Part shown: positions 47,056-56,533 of the stretch, one piece after another | Layout of the letters: each line of letters opens with the position of its first letter | Numbering within the stretch: the first letter of the stretch is position 1 | DNA from: Treponema sp. | GTDB taxonomy: Bacteria > Spirochaetota > Spirochaetia > Treponematales > Treponemataceae | NCBI GenBank assembly: GCA_017386165.1 | Contig: JAFNQK010000122.1 | Coordinates: forward strand, 1 to 56,932 | DNA: 56,932 bases | Reading direction: 5' to 3' | Notes under the pieces: model-generated | Database searches by the model: none | What the model saw: only the letters and a program-made list of their open reading frames with translations | What the model was told of the DNA's origin: nothing | Translations under genes and position numbers: made by a program

Positions 47056-48738
47056 ATGACCGATATAGAAATTGCTCAGAAAAATGTCATGGTACCAGTT
47101 GCAGAAGTCGCTGCAAAGATTGGTATTAGTCAGGAAGATTTGGAAATGTACGGCCCTTATAAGGCTAAGATTACAATGAAAAAGCTTCGGGAATTTCAGG
47201 CAAAGGCTTCCGATCCTAGTAAACGCGGAAAACTTATTCTTGTAACTGCAATTACACCAACTCCTGCCGGCGAAGGAAAGTCTACTGTTTCAATCGGACT
47301 TGGTGACGGACTTAGAAAAATCGGAAAAAATGCCGTAATCGCCCTTAGAGAACCTTCTCTCGGTCCTTGTTTTGGTGTTAAAGGCGGAGCCTGCGGTGGT
47401 GGGTACGCTCAGATTGTTCCAATGGAAGATATTAATCTTCACTTTACTGGCGATATTCATGCTATTTCTATTGCAAACAATCTTATTGCAGCTCTTATAG
47501 ATAATCACATTCAGCAGGGTAATCAGCTTGGAATCGACCCTCGAACTGTTACCTGGAAGCGTTGTGTAGACCTTAATGACCGTCAGCTTAGAAATATTGT
47601 AAGCGGACTGGGAGCCAGAACTGATGGCACTCCTCGTGAAGATCATTTCCAGATTACTGTTGCTTCAGAAATTATGGCAATTATTTGTTTGAGCCGTTCA
47701 ATTTCTGACCTTAAAGAAAGAATTTCAAATATCATAATCGGTAAAAACTATAACCGTCAGGATGTTAAGTTTGGCGAATTAAAATGTACCGGTGCTGTTG
47801 CAGCCTTGTTGAAGGATGCTATCAGACCAAACATCGTTCAGACTCTTGAAAAGAACCCTGTTTTTGTACACGGTGGACCTTTTGCAAATATTGCGCATGG
47901 TTGTAATTCTATCAATGCAACCTTAAGTGCCCTTGCAACCGGAGATTATGTTGTAACAGAAGCTGGCTTTGCTGCAGACCTTGGTGCAGAAAAGTTTATG
48001 GACATCAAGTGTCGTGTTGGCGGTATCGCTCCAAGTGCAGTTGTAATCGTTGCAACAATTCGTGCTCTCAAGATGCATGGTGGAGTAGCAAAAACAGAAC
48101 TTTCAACTCCAAATACAGAAGCCCTTAAAAAAGGTTTTGAAAACCTTAAGGCTCATCTTGATAATATTTCAAAATTTGGAGTTCCTGCTGTTGTTGCAGT
48201 TAATAAATTTATCACAGATACAGATGATGAAATTGCCCTCCTTGAAAAACTCTGCAAGGAAAATGGTTCTGTTGCAGTTCTTACAGAAGGCTGGGGTAAA
48301 GGCGGAGACGGTGCGATTGAACTAGCCAAAGTTGTTGCAGAAGTTGCAGACAGCGGCAAGGCAAACTTTCATTGCCTCTACGAAGATGATTTGTCTCTTG
48401 ATAAGAAAATTGAAAAAATCGCAACAGAGATTTATCATGCAAGCCGCGTAGAATTCCAGGGCTCTGCTTTGAAAAAGTTAAAAGACTACGAAGCAATGGG
48501 GTACGGAAAACTTCCTGTTTGTATTGCAAAAACTCAGAATTCAATCAGTCACGATCCAAAATTGATTGGTTCTCCAAGGGGATATGTATTCCCTGTTCGT
48601 GATGTTCAGTTGTATTCTGGTGCAGGTTTTGTTGTTGCTCTTGCGGGTGATATTATGACAATGCCTGGACTTCCAAAGGCTCCTGCCGCATTGGAAATTG
48701 ACGTAGACGATGACGGAGTTATTTCCGGATTGTTCTAA
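47056..48738 (+). CDS. fhs: Formate--tetrahydrofolate ligase
   Basis: [51 protein letters not shown]. Confidence 0.97.
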   Translation: MTDIEIAQKNVMVPVAEVAAKIGISQEDLEMYGPYKAKITMKKLREFQAKASDPSKRGKLILVTAITPTPAGEGKSTVSIGLGDGLRKIGKNAVIALREPSLGPCFGVKGGACGGGYAQIVPMEDINLHFTGDIHAISIANNLIAALIDNHIQQGNQLGIDPRTVTWKRCVDLNDRQLRNIVSGLGARTDGTPREDHFQITVASEIMAIICLSRSISDLKERISNIIIGKNYNRQDVKFGELKCTGAVAALLKDAIRPNIVQTLEKNPVFVHGGPFANIAHGCNSINATLSALATGDYVVTEAGFAADLGAEKFMDIKCRVGGIAPSAVVIVATIRALKMHGGVAKTELSTPNTEALKKGFENLKAHLDNISKFGVPAVVAVNKFITDTDDEIALLEKLCKENGSVAVLTEGWGKGGDGAIELAKVVAEVADSGKANFHCLYEDDLSLDKKIEKIATEIYHASRVEFQGSALKKLKDYEAMGYGKLPVCIAKTQNSISHDPKLIGSPRGYVFPVRDVQLYSGAGFVVALAGDIMTMPGLPKAPAALEIDVDDDGVISGLF

Positions 48739-48790
48739 TTGTATTGAAAGCTTATTTTTTATAATATATAGAAAATGGTTTTGGTTCGTT

Positions 48791-48895
48791 AATCTTGCGC
48801 CAGCTCGGATTGGCAAAGCCATGTTGAAAAAAACTCCTTCGGATTTTTTTTCTTCGATTTAGACATTCGCAAATCCTGCGCCAGCTCGGATTTGC
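48791..48895. repeat. Two 21-bp direct repeats (20/21 identical) flanking a hairpin, upstream of tRNA-Arg
   Basis: AATCTTGCGCCAGCTCGGATT (48791) and AATCCTGCGCCAGCTCGGATT (48872); central GAAAAAAA-C-TCC-TTC-GGA-TTTTTTTTC. Confidence 0.7.
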
Positions 48896-48902
48896 TCATT
48901 CT

Positions 48903-48976
48903 GATCCTGTAGCTCAGTTGGATAGAGCAGCCGCCTCCTAAGCGGCAGGTCGTGCGTTCGACTCGCATCTGGATCA
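48903..48976 (+). tRNA. tRNA-Arg (anticodon CCT)
   Basis: Acceptor GATCCTG/CTGGATC with one U-U mismatch; D-arm AGCTCAGTTGGATAGAGC; anticodon arm GCCGC-CTCCTAA-GCGGC; T-loop GTTCGAC; CCA not encoded. Confidence 0.95.
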
Positions 48977-49030
48977 AAAAAAAGCTGTCTTATGGGTGTT
49001 AAAAACACTATAAGGCAGCTTTTTGTTTTT
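48977..49030. terminator. Bidirectional terminator after the tRNA
   Basis: A-tract, AAGCTGTCTTAT...ATAAGGCAGCTT, T-tract. Confidence 0.8.
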
Positions 49031-49054
49031 TACGGCTTGTACTCTCGGGTAGGT

Positions 49055-50161
49055 TTATCTTATTGTACCGCCGGTCAATTCTTTGATTTTGGCTTTGTTT
49101 TTGTACATAGCTTCATCAGAGAGGGAAACTGTATGTTCAAAATCATCTCCAGGCTTGTATTCGGCAAATCCGCAGGCAACCTTGTATTTTGTCATTGAAA
49201 GTTCCTGCTTAAATTGTTCCTGTGCCTGTAAAACTTTGGCAGAATCTTTTTCGATAAAAAGGGCCATAAATTCATCGCCACCGATTCTGTATACTTTTCC
49301 CAGTTTCTTAAATGCATCCTGCATGTATTTTACGCAGGTAACGATTGCCTGGTCTCCGGCGTTATGGCCTTCTGTATCGTTGTACTTTTTAAGGTCGTTC
49401 AAGTCCATTGAAATTATGCTCAAGTTCTGATGGTAGTGGCGTTTTGCATCCATAAAGAAACTTCTTCGGTTTAAGAGGTTTGTTAGGGTGTCGCGTCTGT
49501 ACATCTGAACATTCATGCTTAAAAAGTAAAAGCAGATACACATAATGATGGTACAAGGAAGAATCAATTTAAACTTTGGCTGATATCCGAGGAAATTTGC
49601 GATGGCACAGATGATACAAATTAGAATGCAGAGAATTGCTTCTCCAAGATTTGTGTGCAGCTGTTTTATACCGGAAAAAATCATGATAGCCATATAGATA
49701 TAGCAGATAAAGAATGGAATCTGGTAAAGGGGACCTGCATGGTAGCTGTGGTCCGGTTTGATTTCAACAACCATTCCTCTAAGATGTTCAATTGGAAGCT
49801 GGTTTAATATTACTAAAACAAAGTTTACAATCATTAAAGAATAAATAAATCTTACCATCTTTTCATTGTTTCGCTGGGTGATGGCTACGACATATCCAAT
49901 AGTGCATATTTTAAATATATATGAACCTGTATTGCTTAATTCTCGTAAGAAAGCGTTTCCTCTTATTTCTAAAAAATATGTATAAAGGCTGTCAGTAACA
50001 AGAAGCAAAATTGCACAGATGATGGCAGCATAGAATTTGCGAATAGTCTTTTCAGGAAAGGTTTTATCGATGATTGTAAAAATAAACAGTACGAGACCGC
50101 ATATTCCTGGAATATAAATAGATTGTATTATAAGTTTTATTGCTTCTGATGGTTCCAGCAT
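49055..50161 (-). CDS. Multi-TM diguanylate cyclase
   Basis: About 7 TM; RDTLTNLLNRR, DLNDLKKYNDTEGH, RIGGDEF, DEAMY. Confidence 0.9.
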   Translation of the reverse strand: MLEPSEAIKLIIQSIYIPGICGLVLFIFTIIDKTFPEKTIRKFYAAIICAILLLVTDSLYTYFLEIRGNAFLRELSNTGSYIFKICTIGYVVAITQRNNEKMVRFIYSLMIVNFVLVILNQLPIEHLRGMVVEIKPDHSYHAGPLYQIPFFICYIYMAIMIFSGIKQLHTNLGEAILCILICIICAIANFLGYQPKFKLILPCTIIMCICFYFLSMNVQMYRRDTLTNLLNRRSFFMDAKRHYHQNLSIISMDLNDLKKYNDTEGHNAGDQAIVTCVKYMQDAFKKLGKVYRIGGDEFMALFIEKDSAKVLQAQEQFKQELSMTKYKVACGFAEYKPGDDFEHTVSLSDEAMYKNKAKIKELTGGTIR

Positions 50162-50173
50162 TTCTCCCTCTCT

Positions 50174-51313
50174 TTACTCAATTACAACAGATTTAAAATC
50201 TTTAAGGGATTTTAGTTCTTCCATTTTTTTGTTTGACTTGATTTTCTTTTTATTCAGATACATTGCTTCGTCGGCAATTGAAATAATTTTTTCAAAATCA
50301 TCATCTGGGTAGCAGATGGCGTATCCGCAGGCAACCTGATAACGGGTTTCTGCCATTTTCTTTTGGAATTTATGGATTGCGGTATCTACGATTTCTGTGT
50401 CTTTAGTTTTGAATATGACATTAAATTCGTCGCCGCCGGTTCTGTAAGTTGTGCCAATATCTTTAAAGCATTCTTCCATATTCTGTGCAGATGTTATTAA
50501 TGCGATATCACCGGCTTTATGACCTTCTGTATCATTAAAAAGTTTGAGATCATTCAAATCGAGAGAAGCGATTATAATGGTCTGATAATTATTTCGTTTT
50601 AAGTCCATGTAAAAGCTTCTTCGGTTTAAAAGAGAGGTGAGGGTGTCTCTGCGGTAAAGCTGAACGTTAAGACAGATGTAATAGAAGAAAATTGAGATAA
50701 TAAGATTTGAAGCCAGAACCATGTAGAAGACTTGTTTTAATTCAAGAATATTAGAAATAAAACAAGAGATAAGAACGGCAGCAATCAAAATAGATTCGCC
50801 GGGATTTGTTTTAAATTGGATAATTGCTTCTTTTAACATGAGTAAAACGTAAAAGAATACAATTCCGTATGGAACCAGATTGAATAAACCGAACTTCCAG
50901 TGGTTGTTTTCATCCAGGTTAAAATACCAGCCTGTTTTTATACTCAGGAATGCAAAAAGTGCATTAATACCCATCAGAATATATACGATACGGTTTGTTC
51001 TCTGTTTGTTTCGCTGGGTAATTGCAACTAAGAAACCCATTGTAATAATTCTCATGCTGTAGCCAAAAGCCGCAATAATGAGCCATACATGAGTATCGTT
51101 GTAGGTATGCTGAACGTAATAATCAATACAATCAATGCACAGAAGGATAACTGCACAGTGAAGGGCTCTCATGAATTTTTTGTTGGTACGTTCCGGGAAA
51201 GTTTTATCAACAGAGATAAAAATCGTCAGACAAATAAAAGAAATAAATCCGACAAAGGAAGAGTTGATTATAAATGAAATTGCATCATCTTTCAGTTCAA
51301 ACATAACTAACAT
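50174..51313 (-). CDS. Multi-TM diguanylate cyclase, paralog of the adjacent gene
   Basis: About 7 TM; RDTLTSLLNRR, DLNDLKLFNDTEGH, RTGGDEF; start may be the second ATG at 51304. Confidence 0.9.
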   Translation of the reverse strand: MLVMFELKDDAISFIINSSFVGFISFICLTIFISVDKTFPERTNKKFMRALHCAVILLCIDCIDYYVQHTYNDTHVWLIIAAFGYSMRIITMGFLVAITQRNKQRTNRIVYILMGINALFAFLSIKTGWYFNLDENNHWKFGLFNLVPYGIVFFYVLLMLKEAIIQFKTNPGESILIAAVLISCFISNILELKQVFYMVLASNLIISIFFYYICLNVQLYRRDTLTSLLNRRSFYMDLKRNNYQTIIIASLDLNDLKLFNDTEGHKAGDIALITSAQNMEECFKDIGTTYRTGGDEFNVIFKTKDTEIVDTAIHKFQKKMAETRYQVACGYAICYPDDDFEKIISIADEAMYLNKKKIKSNKKMEELKSLKDFKSVVIE

Positions 51314-51391
51314 AATTTTATAAATAAAAAAGCAATAAGTAAAGTTTTTAATAGTTTGTAACCCTAAAAATGTAGTTTATAATTAGATGAT

Positions 51392-53674
51392 ATGGACATG
51401 ACATTAGAGCAAAAAGTACGTTTGTTTAATGGAGAAGGAGCCTGGTCTACTTTTACAGATAAGGGTGAAATTCCGGGTTTTACAATGAGTGACGGTCCTC
51501 ACGGGCTTAGAAAACAGGATCAGGAAAATTATGCAAACATAAATAAAAGCAGGAAAGCAACCTGTTTTCCAACTGCAAGCTGTATGGCTTCTGGCTGGAG
51601 CAGGGAAAATATGCATATTCTCGGAGAAGCACTTTCGCGGGAAGCAAACAGTGAGAATGTAGATTTGCTTTTGGGACCGGGAATAAATATTAAACGCTCT
51701 CCTTTGTGCGGTCGTAATTTTGAGTATTTAAGCGAAGATCCTTATCTTGCCGGAGAACTTGCTTCTTGTTATGTAAAAGGACTTCAGGAGTCTGGTACCG
51801 GGGCCTGCGTAAAGCATTTTGCTTGTAATAATCAGGAAACCAGACGCCAGACAAGCAATTCAATCGTAGATTTGAGAACCCTTAATGAGATTTTTCTTGC
51901 GCCATTTGAAAAGGTTATTAAAAATTCATCTCCCGTTGCAGTAATGGAATCTTATAATCGGGTTAATGGAGAATATGTCTGCCGTTCTAATTTTTTATTA
52001 AAAGAAATTTTACGAAAAAAATGGAAGTACAGCGGTCTTGTTATTTCCGACTGGGGTGCTTGTCTTAATCCGTCAAAATGTCTTAAGGCGGGAATGGATC
52101 TTGCAATGCCGGATTCAAATGGTTTTATTCCAAAAAAACTTTATGAAGAAATAGAAAATGGTAATCTTTCTGAGTCTTTGCTGGATAAAGCTAATGAACG
52201 CATTATAAATCAGGCTGTTACTTTTAGAAACAGAAAAAAGAATCCTGTTGCGGTGGATTATAGGGCTCAACATCAAATCAGTTTAAAGTTGGCTCAGGAA
52301 GGTGCCGTTCTCCTAAAAAATGATGGCATTCTCCCGTTAAAACCTAAATCCAGAGTTATCGTATTTGGTGATTTTGCAAAAAACATGAAGTTTCAGGGGG
52401 AAGGTTCAAGTCACATAAATACAGAGACATATCCAGATGCGGTAGAAAGCCTAGAGACTCTCGGTTTTTCTGTTCAGTATTGTGATTGTAAAAATATTGC
52501 CCGGGTAAAAGAACTAGCCCGCCTTGCTTTTGCAAAGAATATTCCAGTTCTTTATTTTTGCGGGCTGGATGCTAAGCGGGAGGGCGAAGGTTTTGACAGA
52601 ACTACTCTTGAACTTCCGGATGAGCAGAAAAAAATGATTGAGCTCCTTGTGGATACCGGGTGCAAGGTGGTTCTTGTTAATTTTTCCGGCGCCCCTGTTA
52701 TTTTCCCTTGTGTAAAAAAAGTTGCTGCGATACTTCAGATGTATCTGTGCGGGGAGGCCTGTGGTCAAGCCTGTGCAAACCTTTTAAGTGGTAAGGTAAA
52801 TCCAAGCGGCCATCTTGCAGAAACCTTTCCTTTGAGTGCAGAGGATGTTCCCTGTAGTAAAGATTTTGCCCATGATAACGACAATGTTGAATACAACGAA
52901 GGTGTTTTTGTCGGCTACCGGTATTATTCAAGTTTTAAGGTTCCTGTTCAGTTTGAATTTGGTCATGGACTTTCCTATACAACCTTTGAATATTCAGAAA
53001 TGCAACTGGAAGCCTTGAACGGATTATACAAAGTTTCATTTAATCTAAAAAATACCGGGGGACTTGCAGGAGCAGAAGTTTGTCAGGTTTATGTGGTAAA
53101 CTGTCAGGAATCTCAGGGGGCGCGGCCTCGTAAAGAGCTTAGAGGTTTTGAAAAAGTTTATCTTGAGCCAGGGGAGACCAGAAGGGTAGAGATAATTCTC
53201 GATGAACGAGCCTTTATGGTTTACGGAGAAAAAGAAGATTGTTTTAAAACCGTCGGTGGAAAATATTCAATTCAGGTTGGTTCAAGTCTTTTTGATATTC
53301 ACCTTTCTGAAGAGGTTGAAATTGCGGGAGAAAAACTGAGTGAGGTTCTGCCTGATGTACAAGATTGCAACCGCTTTGGCGTAAAAACCTTTCCAAAGGA
53401 GTGGTATGTTCCTTCTCATAAAAAGGGTGAGTTTACGATTGAAGATTCCCTTGAAACTCTTGCTTCTTACAGTAAGAGGGTGAAATTCTTTCTTAGTGTG
53501 ATGATTTTTGCTGTTCGGCTTATGAATTTTGGAAAATCAAAAGACGATCCTGTGGTCGTAATCAGTGTAAATGCAATTAAGGAAAATCCTCTGGCAAGTT
53601 TAATCAGTACAAGCGGTGGTGCAATTTCTGAGGGGCTTGCCCAGACTCTTGTAAGGTTTGCCAACGGTAAATAG
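51392..53674 (+). CDS. GH3 beta-glucosidase
   Basis: SDGPHGLR, GRNFEYLSEDP, KHFACN, SDWG nucleophile, EGFDR, GYRYY, FGHGLSY, Fn3-like domain. Confidence 0.93.
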   Translation: MDMTLEQKVRLFNGEGAWSTFTDKGEIPGFTMSDGPHGLRKQDQENYANINKSRKATCFPTASCMASGWSRENMHILGEALSREANSENVDLLLGPGINIKRSPLCGRNFEYLSEDPYLAGELASCYVKGLQESGTGACVKHFACNNQETRRQTSNSIVDLRTLNEIFLAPFEKVIKNSSPVAVMESYNRVNGEYVCRSNFLLKEILRKKWKYSGLVISDWGACLNPSKCLKAGMDLAMPDSNGFIPKKLYEEIENGNLSESLLDKANERIINQAVTFRNRKKNPVAVDYRAQHQISLKLAQEGAVLLKNDGILPLKPKSRVIVFGDFAKNMKFQGEGSSHINTETYPDAVESLETLGFSVQYCDCKNIARVKELARLAFAKNIPVLYFCGLDAKREGEGFDRTTLELPDEQKKMIELLVDTGCKVVLVNFSGAPVIFPCVKKVAAILQMYLCGEACGQACANLLSGKVNPSGHLAETFPLSAEDVPCSKDFAHDNDNVEYNEGVFVGYRYYSSFKVPVQFEFGHGLSYTTFEYSEMQLEALNGLYKVSFNLKNTGGLAGAEVCQVYVVNCQESQGARPRKELRGFEKVYLEPGETRRVEIILDERAFMVYGEKEDCFKTVGGKYSIQVGSSLFDIHLSEEVEIAGEKLSEVLPDVQDCNRFGVKTFPKEWYVPSHKKGEFTIEDSLETLASYSKRVKFFLSVMIFAVRLMNFGKSKDDPVVVISVNAIKENPLASLISTSGGAISEGLAQTLVRFANGK

Positions 53675-53681
53675 GCAAGGT

Positions 53682-54524
53682 TTAGAAATCGTAATAGAGT
53701 CCTCGTTCAGCGAGTCCCAGATAGCCTTCTTTTACGACATCATCATTTTGTGCGCCGTCATTGTAGTGACAGAGAATGGTTTTTGCTTTTTGTTCTTTTG
53801 TAAGGAATGAATTTAGTTCCTGGAAATATGCGTGAACTGCATTAGGATAGAACTGACAGTCCTGGAAAATGCATTCAATATTAAAATGTGAATCCATCCA
53901 GTTTATGAGTTCCGGGTCGGCTTTTGTGTCACTTGTGAAAAGAACACGGTTGTCAATGAGAACTCCCAGTGAATAAAAAGAGTTTTTCCAGGAGTTTTTA
54001 TTTGTAAAAAGATGTTTTGTTCTGAATAATTTTACATTAATAGAACCAATATTTGCTTCGTACATTGGTCGTAAAGAATTTTTGTATTTCTTTGGCTTAA
54101 TCTGAGTAAAGTAATCGTCAAAGGTCATTTTCTGGCGGAATCCGTCTTCTCCTTTCATGTAGAGACCTCCGGACAGGGTCTTTTCCCACAGAATCTTTTT
54201 ATATTCGTCAGTGATAACCATGTTTGGCTTATTCTTTGTGACATACATATTCATGAGGGCAACTTCTTCCAGGCCGCCTGCATGATCTGCGTGAGAATGT
54301 GTGATTAAAAAATTTTTAACAGAAGCAATTGTAGTATTGAAGGTATAAAAAGCATAAGGGCATAAGTTGCCACAGTCTATTAAAAGATGATCCTTTCCTT
54401 TAATTACAAGAACATTGTTCTGAAAATTAATTTTTGTAAATGCACTGCCTGAACCAGGAAAAAACAATGAAAGTTGACCGTTATTAGTCATTTCGATTGT
54501 TTCGTTAAACACTCTTGTTGTCAT
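53682..54524 (-). CDS. MBL-fold metallohydrolase (RNase Z / cyclic phosphodiesterase-like)
   Basis: GSGSAF, LIDCG, THSHADHAGGLEE, SDT, VHA, CHY; TG-N-TATAAT 6 nt before ATG. Confidence 0.82.
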   Translation of the reverse strand: MTTRVFNETIEMTNNGQLSLFFPGSGSAFTKINFQNNVLVIKGKDHLLIDCGNLCPYAFYTFNTTIASVKNFLITHSHADHAGGLEEVALMNMYVTKNKPNMVITDEYKKILWEKTLSGGLYMKGEDGFRQKMTFDDYFTQIKPKKYKNSLRPMYEANIGSINVKLFRTKHLFTNKNSWKNSFYSLGVLIDNRVLFTSDTKADPELINWMDSHFNIECIFQDCQFYPNAVHAYFQELNSFLTKEQKAKTILCHYNDGAQNDDVVKEGYLGLAERGLYYDF

Positions 54525-54554
54525 TCTTTTATTATATCACACCATATATTTTTT

Positions 54555-56456
54555 TTATAGCATCTGAGATAATTTATATACGTCTTTTACACCGCTAACC
54601 TGAATTGCTCCCATTCCCATATCAAGCGGGAGTCGTAAATCCAGGTCGTATCGGTCTCCAATGCTGAGGGCTTCTTCTGGTTTTGTATTTGTCATTTTTA
54701 GAGCCAGTTCAAATGGTTCTTTTGCGGGTTTGGATTTGCCGCATGTATCAAGGCCGATGATTGTGGGAATTAAATCCTGAATTCCCAGGGCTATGAGAGT
54801 TTTTTGTGCCGGATAAACAGGATTGTTTGTTACACAGATTAACTTGTATTTTTCTTTGAGTTTTTTAAGAGTTTCAATCAGCTCTTCGTCTCGGGATAGA
54901 AAGTTTTCAGGTTTTACAAGGTCTCTTCGCATCTGGATGCTTTCTTCTATACTGACACCAAAATATGTAAAGGTATTTCCAAGGCTGATTTTCTGGCCGT
55001 CGTGTTCTTTGGACCAGTTTTTTCGGAATTCACTGATTTTATTTCGAGCTTGGGATGGAGTTATTCCGATTTTTTGTGCCCAGGCTCGAATTTGTACATC
55101 TACCTGTTCCAGAGCATAGGCCTCAGAGGTATAAAGGGTTGAGTCAATATCAAAAATAATTGTCTTGAGATTCTGGGGGATTTTAAAAATCTTCATTCCC
55201 TGGGAATTAACGTCTATCGTATCAGATTTGAAAATTTTGTCGGTGTGAACTATTTTTTGAGCTGCGGTTTGAAGGTCTGGATATTGCTTTAAGGCGGTTA
55301 GTGCGATTATGGCATCTCCTAATAATTCTGCATCGGGACAACTTGTTGTATACAAATCAATCTGTGCTTCTTTTGCTTTTTCCAGGAGCCATTTGTAATT
55401 TTTTGCCTGCCCGCCGGTAACCCGCATTTTGTTTTCTATATTCAGGTCGTTTTCTTTTGCGATAGAATTGAGAGTTTTTACTGCCTGATTAAATTCGTTT
55501 TTAAGTTCAAAGAGAATTTTCCAGCCTTCGCTATTTTTATCGCTAAAGGCGTAGTCAAAAACTTCTTCAAAATTGTGTTCCTGATTTTCCAGGGCATTGA
55601 TTTCGTGCTTAAAGTGATTTATGAGACTTCCGCTTTTTTCTATTAATACGCTGATATTCCAGAGCCCTGGAATTACGGAAGGCATTGTTCTTGTTTTGTC
55701 AGTGTAAACTGGTTTGTCGGTGCAGAAATTGATTCCTTCGCTGGAACCCGCTCTGTCGCAAAGTTTACCTGGTGAGAGAGTGTTTGTTCCGATGAGGGCT
55801 GCAATGAAGTCAGGACCTCCGCAAACTATCGGGCAGGATTTTTCCAGGCCCAGCTGGTTTGTCATCTCTTGTGTCAGATTGCCTGCTATGTGCCCTGTTG
55901 TGACAAATGGCGGTAACTTGTTTAAGTCTTCTGTTGAAAAGTCAAAGGCTTTGAGAAGTTCCTGGTTCCAGTACGCACTTGTAAATCTTTCTTCCGGAAG
56001 AATGGTTACGGCAGCACCACTGAGCTGGTATATAAGGTATTCCGGGCCGCTAAAAATGTATGAACTTTTTTTCCAGTCGTCAGGGGATAATTCCTTGAGG
56101 GCTAGAATATTCGGCAAAAAGAGGGAGCGGGTCTCTTTTAGTTTTGTTTGTGTCTGGTTCGTGAGAGAATTAAAAATGTCTGCATTCCAGAAGATGGTTC
56201 TTGCAGTCTGGCTTACGACGGTTGGACCGTTTCCGGAGATACAGATTGCATTCGGATTGATTGAAATATTTCGTTCTGAAAGGTTCTGGAGTATTTTTTT
56301 TGTGCTGTTAATAAAAGCCGGAAGCCATTGGTCTGCGGCGTAAGGAGCGTTCTTTGATTGCAGAGACTGTCGATAGAAAGAAAGAACTGTTCCGTCTTGA
56401 TTAATCATCGCCGTTTTGAGAGAAGTGGTTCCTATGTCTGCGCAAAGTATATTCAA
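54555..56456 (-). CDS. FGGY-family carbohydrate kinase fused to a HAD-family hydrolase
   Basis: DIGTTSLK, GGPD, RAGSSE, VTGGQA; then FDIDSTLY, VTNN, KSKP, IGDRYDLD; TTG start with GGAG. Confidence 0.85.
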   Translation of the reverse strand: MNILCADIGTTSLKTAMINQDGTVLSFYRQSLQSKNAPYAADQWLPAFINSTKKILQNLSERNISINPNAICISGNGPTVVSQTARTIFWNADIFNSLTNQTQTKLKETRSLFLPNILALKELSPDDWKKSSYIFSGPEYLIYQLSGAAVTILPEERFTSAYWNQELLKAFDFSTEDLNKLPPFVTTGHIAGNLTQEMTNQLGLEKSCPIVCGGPDFIAALIGTNTLSPGKLCDRAGSSEGINFCTDKPVYTDKTRTMPSVIPGLWNISVLIEKSGSLINHFKHEINALENQEHNFEEVFDYAFSDKNSEGWKILFELKNEFNQAVKTLNSIAKENDLNIENKMRVTGGQAKNYKWLLEKAKEAQIDLYTTSCPDAELLGDAIIALTALKQYPDLQTAAQKIVHTDKIFKSDTIDVNSQGMKIFKIPQNLKTIIFDIDSTLYTSEAYALEQVDVQIRAWAQKIGITPSQARNKISEFRKNWSKEHDGQKISLGNTFTYFGVSIEESIQMRRDLVKPENFLSRDEELIETLKKLKEKYKLICVTNNPVYPAQKTLIALGIQDLIPTIIGLDTCGKSKPAKEPFELALKMTNTKPEEALSIGDRYDLDLRLPLDMGMGAIQVSGVKDVYKLSQML

Positions 56457-56465
56457 AATAACTCC

Positions 56466-56515
56466 AAAAAAATAGGACCGTCTGATAAGAAAGAGCTTAT
56501 CGGACAGTCCTTATT
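56466..56515 (-). terminator. Terminator after prs
   Basis: Minus strand AGGACTGTCCGATAAG-loop-CTTATCAGACGGTCCT followed by a T-tract. Confidence 0.7.
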
Positions 56516-56533
56516 CAATAAAATTAGATTTTA

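Noticed and set aside
47056-48738. fhs as evidence of acetogenesis
   Set aside because: Fhs is widespread in one-carbon metabolism and no other Wood-Ljungdahl genes are in the window
48791-48892. Mini CRISPR array
   Set aside because: Only two 21-bp copies, a 60-bp structured spacer and no cas genes
48903-51313. Genomic island inserted at tRNA-Arg
   Set aside because: No integrase and no duplicated tRNA 3' end seen; a normal terminator follows the tRNA
55714-56343. 209-aa antisense ORF, and the other short overlapping ORFs in the track such as 262-582, 583-894 and 48789-48977
   Set aside because: They are shadows of well-supported genes or the tRNA on the opposite strand or in another frame, with no recognisable motifs
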